From NCBI GenBank assembly GCA_964430735.1, contig CAYSFB010000004.1:40040-104039 (forward strand): a stretch of DNA of 64,000 bases. The letters are read 5' to 3'. The stretch is from an uncultured Planctomycetia bacterium (lineage in GTDB: Bacteria; Omnitrophota; Gorgyraeia; 2-02-FULL-51-18; JAGOUK01). A program made the translations under genes and the position numbers. The notes under the pieces were generated by a model. That model was given only the letters and a program-made list of their open reading frames with translations, was not told where the DNA came from and made no database searches. This document shows positions 58,448 through 64,000 of this stretch, one piece after another (position 1 is the stretch's first letter; every line of letters begins with the position of its first letter).

Positions 58448-59203
58448 ATGAAAAACCTTAATTTTATGCTCAAAGCGGTGCTGGTGGCAGGTGTGGCCGT
58501 GACGGTCGGTTCAGCGGCAGCTCAGGCCGGATGGCAGGATTGGCTCAAGACGGCGGCATCCTCCAACAAATCGACAACGCTCAACGATACGCCGGCGGCC
58601 GGCGCGGTCAAAGAGCTGCTCAAGATCGGCATCGACCAGGCGACGACGCAGCTCGGCAAGGCCGGCGGTTACGCGAACAACAAGGCAATCCAGATCCCGA
58701 TGCCCGAAAAGCTCAAGCCTTTTGAGTCGATGCTGCGCAAGGTCGGCGCCGGCCCCCAGGTGGACGCGTTCGTGCTGAACATGAACCGTGCCGCCGAAAA
58801 AGCCGCGCCTCAGGCCAAGGCCGTGTTCATCGAGTCGCTCGCGAACATGTCGGTGGCCGACGCCGAGGCGCTGTTCAAGGGCGGACCGACTGCGGCGACG
58901 GACTTTTTCAACAAGACCAGCCGTCCGGAGCTCAAGAAGCTGTACGAACCCATCGTGAAGCAGAAGATGCAGGAAACAGCTGTCGGCCAGACCTACGAAA
59001 ATCTCCAGAACCGCTTCAAGCAGATCCCGCTCATGTCCAAGCTGACCCTGCCGCAGATCGAACCCTACGTTGTCGACAAATCCCTCGACGGGATGTTCAA
59101 GGTCATGGCGGAAAAGGAAAAATACGTCCGCGAAAATCCGAAGCAGGTCGCGTCCGACGCGCTCAAGAACATCCTGATCAAGTACGCGCCGACCGCGGGC
59201 TAG
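58448..59203 (+). CDS. Hypothetical secreted protein (DUF4197-like)
   Basis: Signal peptide MKNLNFMLKAVLVAGVAVTVGSAAAQA. ...KAGGYANNKAIQIPMPEKL... pattern. Tentative family assignment from memory. Confidence 0.45.
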   Translation: MKNLNFMLKAVLVAGVAVTVGSAAAQAGWQDWLKTAASSNKSTTLNDTPAAGAVKELLKIGIDQATTQLGKAGGYANNKAIQIPMPEKLKPFESMLRKVGAGPQVDAFVLNMNRAAEKAAPQAKAVFIESLANMSVADAEALFKGGPTAATDFFNKTSRPELKKLYEPIVKQKMQETAVGQTYENLQNRFKQIPLMSKLTLPQIEPYVVDKSLDGMFKVMAEKEKYVRENPKQVASDALKNILIKYAPTAG

Positions 59204-59228
59204 ACCGTACGGAAGGGGGACCGCATTC

Positions 59229-59579
59229 ATGGGCCGACACCACCTGCATTCTCGAAGCCGGCGGACGCTGTATTCGATCGTCATCGTGGCCGCGGTGATG
59301 GGCATCGGCACGATCGGGATGCGGGAGCTGGAAGGGATGGCCTGGGTGGATGCTTTTTATTTCATGAGCATGATCGCCACGGCCCAGGGATCTGCATGGA
59401 CACCGGTGACCGCGGCAGGCAAGCTTTTTGCCTCGCTGATGGCCTTCGTTTCGGTCGGCATGGTCGTCACCACGCTGGGCTTCTTGTTCGGACCCTTCTT
59501 GGGACGCTTGTGGCATATCGGCCGGATCAAACTGCAGGAAGAGATCGACGTCATCGAAAAGCGCGACAAGCGCTCATAG
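59229..59579 (+). CDS. Small two-TM ion-channel protein (Ion_trans_2 / K+-channel-like pore module with non-canonical filter TAQGS in place of TVGYG)
   Basis: TM1, then MRELEGMAWVDAFYFMSMIATAQGSAWTP (pore-helix plus filter-like segment), then TM2. Confidence 0.5.
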   Translation: MGRHHLHSRSRRTLYSIVIVAAVMGIGTIGMRELEGMAWVDAFYFMSMIATAQGSAWTPVTAAGKLFASLMAFVSVGMVVTTLGFLFGPFLGRLWHIGRIKLQEEIDVIEKRDKRS

Positions 59580-59588
59580 CCGGGAAGC

Positions 59589-62500
59589 ATGTCCAACCGC
59601 GAATTTGTCCACCTCCACGTCCATTCCGAATACAGCCTGCTGAGCTCGACCTGCCGGGTCAAGGATCTGGTCGCCAAGGCCTCCGAATACGGCATGAAGG
59701 CGGTCGCCCTCACCGACATGGGCAATCTGTTTGCCGCGATCGAGTTCTACTACCAGTGCCAGCAGAAGAAGATCAAGCCGATCCTGGGCTGCGACCTCTA
59801 CGTCGCGCCGGTGAGCCGGTTCGACCGCTCCAAGTACGGTCTGCCGTTCGCCTCGCACCCGCTCGTCGTTTTGTGCGAAAACAACACCGGATACAAGAAC
59901 CTGCTCAAGCTCGTTTCGGCGGGGTATCTGGAAGGCTTTTTCTACAAGCCCCGGGTCGACAAGGAGCTTTTGCGCGCGCATCACGAGGGCCTGATCGCGC
60001 TGTCCGGCGCGCTGCACAGCGAACTCCCGCATCTGATCAATATCGGTCAGGCGGCCAAGGCGCGCGAAGCGGCGAAGGAATACGTCGAAATTTTTGGCAA
60101 GGACAACTTTTTCATCGAACTCATCGATTCGAAGCTGCGCGATCAGGACAAGGTCAACGCCGAGCTGCGCAACATCGCGTCCGAGCTCGGGATCGGCCTC
60201 GTTGCGGGGAACAACGTCCTCTACACCAACCGCAAGGACGCCAACGCGCTCGAAGCGGTCATCTGCATCCAGGACCGCAAGACGCTGCAGGACGAGGACC
60301 GCTTCCGCATCCATACGACCGAGAACTACTTTAAGTCGCCGGCGGAAATGTGGTCGAGCTTCGAGGATTTGCCGGAGGCGTGCGAGAACACCATCAAGAT
60401 CGCCGACCGCTGCAACGTGACGATCGACTTCAAGACGCTGCACCTGCCGTTCTTTGCGACGCCCGGCAATATTCCGCCCGGCGATTATCTGAAGCAGCTG
60501 ACGTTCGAGGGCGCGGAACGGCGCTACGGCAAGCCGCTCAAGCCCGAGGTCAAGGACCGGATCGACTTCGAGCTCGGAGTCATCGGCAAGCTCGGGTACG
60601 ACTCCTATTTCCTCATCGTCTGGGACTTCGTGCGGTTCGCGCGCGAAAAGGGGATCCCGGTCGGTCCGGGCCGCGGTTCGGCGGCCGGTTCGGTCATCAG
60701 TTACTGTCTCGGCATCACGAACCTCGACCCGCTCCGGTACAACCTCCTCTTCGAGCGCTTCCTGAACCCCGACCGCGTGACCATGCCGGATATCGATATC
60801 GACTTCTGCTACAACCGCCGCGAAGAAGTCATCCAGTACGTCACCGACAAGTATTCCAAGGACAACGTCTCCCAGATCATCACGTTCGGAACCATGCTCG
60901 CCAAGGGCGTGCTGCGCGACGTCGGACGCGTGCTCGGCATCGCCTATGCCGACGTCGACAAGATCGCCAAGCTGGTTCCCCAGGAATTGGGCATCACGCT
61001 GGCCGACGCGCTCGAGAAGGAGCCGGAGCTCAAGGCGCTCGCGACCTCGACCTCCCAGAACAAGCAGCTATTCGAGCTGGCCCAGGCGCTCGAGGGTCTG
61101 CCGCGCCACGCAGGGCTTCACGCGGCGGGCGTCGTGATCTCGAAGGAACCCTTGAGCGAAAACACGCCGCTGTTCAAATCGTCGGACGACCAGATTTCGA
61201 CGCAGTACCCGATGAACTCGCTCGAGAAGCTCAACATTCTCAAGATGGATTTCCTCGGCCTGCGCACGCTCACCGTGATCGACGACGCGGTCAAGATCAT
61301 CAAGCGCACCCGCAAGATCGACATCGACTTGAACGCGATCCCGATCGACGACCCGGCCACGCTGGAGCTGCTCGGCAAGGCGCAGACCTCAGGCGTGTTC
61401 CAGGTGGAATCTTCGGGCATGCGCGATATTTTGCGCAAGCTCAAGCCCAGCCGCTTCGAGGACTTGATCGCCGTGCTCGCGCTGTACCGTCCGGGCCCCA
61501 TCGGCTCCGGCATGGTCGACGACTTCATCCAACGGAAGAACGGGAAGGTGAAGTTCAAATACGACCACCCGCTCCTCGAGCCCATCCTGTCCGAGACCTA
61601 CGGCATCATGGTCTACCAGGAGCAGATCATGAAGGTTGCATCCTCGCTCGCGGGTTTTTCGCTGGCTCAAGCCGATACGCTGCGCCGAGCGGTCTCGAAG
61701 AAAAAGCCCGAACTCACCGAACAGCAGAAGAAGCCCTTCGTCGAAGGTTCCGTCAAAAACGGCGTGCCCGAAAAGCTCGCCGAGCGCATCTTCGAACTCA
61801 TCGATTACTTCTCCGGTTACGGCTTTAACAAGTCGCATTCTGCCGCGTACGCGGTCGTCTCCTGGCAGACGGCCTATCTCAAGGCGCATTACCCGGTCGA
61901 GTTCATGACGGCCCTGCTCACGTCGGAAAAAGACAACACCGACAAGATCGTGCAATACATCGAAGAGACCAAGAAAATGGGGATCCGGGTCCTGCCGCCG
62001 GACGTGAATACGAGCTTTCCGAGCTTCACGGTGGTGGACATCGAAAACGGCGGCGCGATCCGGTTCGGGCTGGCGGCGGTCAAGAACGTCGGCCAAGCAG
62101 CCATCGACTCGGTCATTCAGGGGCGCGTGAAGCACGGACCCTTCAAGAGTCTGCACGACTTCTGTGAGCGCGTTGATTCGCGCGCGGTGAACCGCAAGAC
62201 GATCGAATCGCTCATCAAGGTCGGCGCCTTCGACACGATGGGGGCGCATCGCGCCCAGCTCATAGCGGCGCTCGACGGCGCGATGGCACACGCGGGGGAA
62301 TTGCAGCGCGACCGCGAGCGGGGTCAGTTCTCGCTGTTCGACATGGGCGGCAGCGCGTCGGCTTCGGCGTTCGCGGCCGGAGCGACGGACCTGCCTCAGG
62401 CGGCGGAGTGGGGCGACACGGAGCGGCTCAGCTACGAAAAAGAATTGCTCGGGTTCTACGTGACGGGGCATCCGCTGGACCGGCACAAGCGCGACCTCCA

Positions 62501-63095
62501 GAAGTATTCCGCGGGCGCGCTGAACGACCTGGCCAAATTCAAGAATTCCTCCGAACTCGACGAAGAAATGAGCCCCCGCGAACGCGGCAAAAAGGAAGTG
62601 CTGCTCGGCGGCCTCATCAGCGGTCTGCGTCTCACGGTCACCAAGAAGAACAACGAGCGCATGGCCATCGTCACGCTCGAGGATCTGCACGGCAAACTCG
62701 AAATCATGGTCTGGCCGAAGGTGTACGCGGAGTACGCCGCGCTGCTCAAACAGGACGCCATCGTGTTCATTAAGGGAAGGATCGAGTGGGAGGAGGACAT
62801 GCCGCGGATGATCGCGTCCGAGGTGCATTCGGTCCAGTCCATCGCGGGCCGGATGACGCGCAGTGTCCTCATCGAATTCAAGCCCGAAACGACGAGCGAA
62901 GAATATCTGCACAAGGTCCAATCCGTGCTCTCGCAGAACACCGGTCCGACGCCGGTCTACCTCAGCTTCATCGACCCGCAAGGCAACCGCAACGACATGA
63001 TCATCGACCGCTCCCTCTACGTCAGCCCCAACCAGGAATTCGTCGAAAACGTCGAAAAACTTCTCGGCGAAGGCTCCGTCCACCTTCAGGTTTAG
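59589..63095 (+). CDS. dnaE: DNA polymerase III alpha subunit
   Basis: PHP domain FVHLHVHSEYSLL, ...GPGRGSAAGSVISYCLGITNLDP..., and an OB-fold C-terminus. Confidence 0.9.
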   Translation: MSNREFVHLHVHSEYSLLSSTCRVKDLVAKASEYGMKAVALTDMGNLFAAIEFYYQCQQKKIKPILGCDLYVAPVSRFDRSKYGLPFASHPLVVLCENNTGYKNLLKLVSAGYLEGFFYKPRVDKELLRAHHEGLIALSGALHSELPHLINIGQAAKAREAAKEYVEIFGKDNFFIELIDSKLRDQDKVNAELRNIASELGIGLVAGNNVLYTNRKDANALEAVICIQDRKTLQDEDRFRIHTTENYFKSPAEMWSSFEDLPEACENTIKIADRCNVTIDFKTLHLPFFATPGNIPPGDYLKQLTFEGAERRYGKPLKPEVKDRIDFELGVIGKLGYDSYFLIVWDFVRFAREKGIPVGPGRGSAAGSVISYCLGITNLDPLRYNLLFERFLNPDRVTMPDIDIDFCYNRREEVIQYVTDKYSKDNVSQIITFGTMLAKGVLRDVGRVLGIAYADVDKIAKLVPQELGITLADALEKEPELKALATSTSQNKQLFELAQALEGLPRHAGLHAAGVVISKEPLSENTPLFKSSDDQISTQYPMNSLEKLNILKMDFLGLRTLTVIDDAVKIIKRTRKIDIDLNAIPIDDPATLELLGKAQTSGVFQVESSGMRDILRKLKPSRFEDLIAVLALYRPGPIGSGMVDDFIQRKNGKVKFKYDHPLLEPILSETYGIMVYQEQIMKVASSLAGFSLAQADTLRRAVSKKKPELTEQQKKPFVEGSVKNGVPEKLAERIFELIDYFSGYGFNKSHSAAYAVVSWQTAYLKAHYPVEFMTALLTSEKDNTDKIVQYIEETKKMGIRVLPPDVNTSFPSFTVVDIENGGAIRFGLAAVKNVGQAAIDSVIQGRVKHGPFKSLHDFCERVDSRAVNRKTIESLIKVGAFDTMGAHRAQLIAALDGAMAHAGELQRDRERGQFSLFDMGGSASASAFAAGATDLPQAAEWGDTERLSYEKELLGFYVTGHPLDRHKRDLQKYSAGALNDLAKFKNSSELDEEMSPRERGKKEVLLGGLISGLRLTVTKKNNERMAIVTLEDLHGKLEIMVWPKVYAEYAALLKQDAIVFIKGRIEWEEDMPRMIASEVHSVQSIAGRMTRSVLIEFKPETTSEEYLHKVQSVLSQNTGPTPVYLSFIDPQGNRNDMIIDRSLYVSPNQEFVENVEKLLGEGSVHLQV

Positions 63096-63252
63096 CCCGC
63101 TCCAAAGACGCTGCCTCCGACGCCGCTCCCCGATCACCATTGTTAGTCGAATGAAATTTATACATGCTCTTGAAAAGCATTTATAAGGAATGCATACTTC
63201 AAGGTGACCGATTGGGGATTAGGCAGTTCAACCATGATCGCGGGGGCGTCAT

Positions 63253-64000
63253 ATGCAGTTCATTAAATGTAACGAGCGGCTTTCCATAAGGTCTTGGAGC
63301 ATTCTTGTTATCATGGCCTTCTCGCTCCAGGAAGCCGCTTTTGCCGGGCCGGAGGTGGCGACACTTCTTCAATCCCAGCAAGCCAAGCCCCTCCCGATGG
63401 TTTCCGTCTCCGAAGTCATCCAAGATCCTTCCAAGTTCAATGTGCCCTTCGAGCACACCACCCTCAAGGAGTTTTTCCCCGGCTCCAACGGCAAGCTCAT
63501 CATTCACATTCAGGACGCCCATGCCAATTACTCCGGACAAATGTCCATGGCCAAGGCCCTGGATAAGATGATGTCCGCTTACGGCCAATACCTTGTCCTC
63601 GCCGAAGGCGCTTCGAAGGACGTGACGCTGACGGAGCTCAAGCCCCTGGCGAAGGACTCCGACTGGAAAATCGCCGCCCGGCGCTTTTTGCAGGACAGCG
63701 TGATCGCCGGCGAAGAATATTTGAACCTCACTTCCAAGCATCCGATGAAAATCCGCGGCGTGGAGTATCGGGACTTGTACGATGCGGCTCTTGCGACTTA
63801 CGCCGACCTCGTCGGGAAGCGTCAGGACATCCTGAATTATCTTCACCGCATCCAGGTTTCGATCGAACGCCTCAAGGCCAAGCACTACTCCGAAGCGCTT
63901 CTGGACTACGAGAAAAAAGTCCGCAACCCGCAATCCGAAACGCCCGATCTCACCGTCCAGTTCGACGAACTCCTGAAGCTCATCGGCCCGGCCCAGGTCG
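63253..64000 (+). CDS. Hypothetical secreted protein, 5' partial (it continues beyond the window). It is absent from the ORF track because no stop is reached.
   Basis: In-frame translation from ATG 63253: MQFIKCNERLSIRSWSILVIMAFSLQEAAFAGPEVATLLQS... is open to position 64000. It has high GC3 and a natural amino-acid composition. The 244-aa ORF 63199..63933 (-) on the opposite strand looks like a typical antisense artefact. Confidence 0.4.
   Translation, partial: MQFIKCNERLSIRSWSILVIMAFSLQEAAFAGPEVATLLQSQQAKPLPMVSVSEVIQDPSKFNVPFEHTTLKEFFPGSNGKLIIHIQDAHANYSGQMSMAKALDKMMSAYGQYLVLAEGASKDVTLTELKPLAKDSDWKIAARRFLQDSVIAGEEYLNLTSKHPMKIRGVEYRDLYDAALATYADLVGKRQDILNYLHRIQVSIERLKAKHYSEALLDYEKKVRNPQSETPDLTVQFDELLKLIGPAQV

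Noticed and set aside
1-64000. Searched for CRISPR arrays, transposases/integrases, toxin-antitoxin pairs, restriction-modification genes or a prophage
   Set aside because: None found. Every gap longer than 100 bp was inspected by eye. The only repetitive DNA is the structured intergenic repeat family described above.

Overview
This is a high-GC (~62%), gene-dense bacterial chromosomal window, almost entirely + strand, and it looks like core genome. I found no transposases, integrases, CRISPR arrays or prophage genes. What it contains, in order: (1) a contiguous de novo purine block, purB-purS-purQ-purL-purF-purM-purD-purE. (2) A Bacillus-like ywlE(LMW phosphatase)-rpiB-glyA-nrdR run. (3) hisG, followed by an unannotated 31-aa very basic ORF (bS22-like), then a three-gene module of a small TPR-like secreted protein, a short-loop FtsH-family protease and a lipoprotein. 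(4) ispE and tRNA-Gln(UUG). (5) A glycogen cluster with GH13 glgB next to a GH57 enzyme, with glgA further downstream. (6) dsbD-like, two periplasmic parvulin/SurA chaperones, ksgA, gatCAB, ctpA (S41), a yibQ-like gene and tsaD. (7) A bactofilin fused to an excisionase-type HTH, translationally coupled to an HTH + membrane-anchor protein, immediately upstream of polA. (8) coaE, rho, rpmE, prfA, prmC, murA. (9) A GGDEF cyclase and pfkA on the - strand. (10) rpsP-trmD-rplS-rnhB-guaA with no rimM. (11) A SYLF protein, then a perfect CRP-type palindrome in front of an extremely acidic secreted protein plus TPR/beta-barrel OMP pair. (12) recQ (-), a potassium-channel-like protein with a non-canonical filter, and dnaE. 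The least conventional signal is a family of about 80-95-nt structured repeat cores (4 clear copies plus 1 truncated). Each core is nested inside a different, copy-specific 18-24-bp inverted repeat at a gene 3' end, and an internal hairpin shows compensatory arm swaps between copies. One copy overlaps the apparent translation start of ctpA. All coordinates derived from raw counting carry roughly +/-2 bp uncertainty; CDS ends follow the supplied ORF track.
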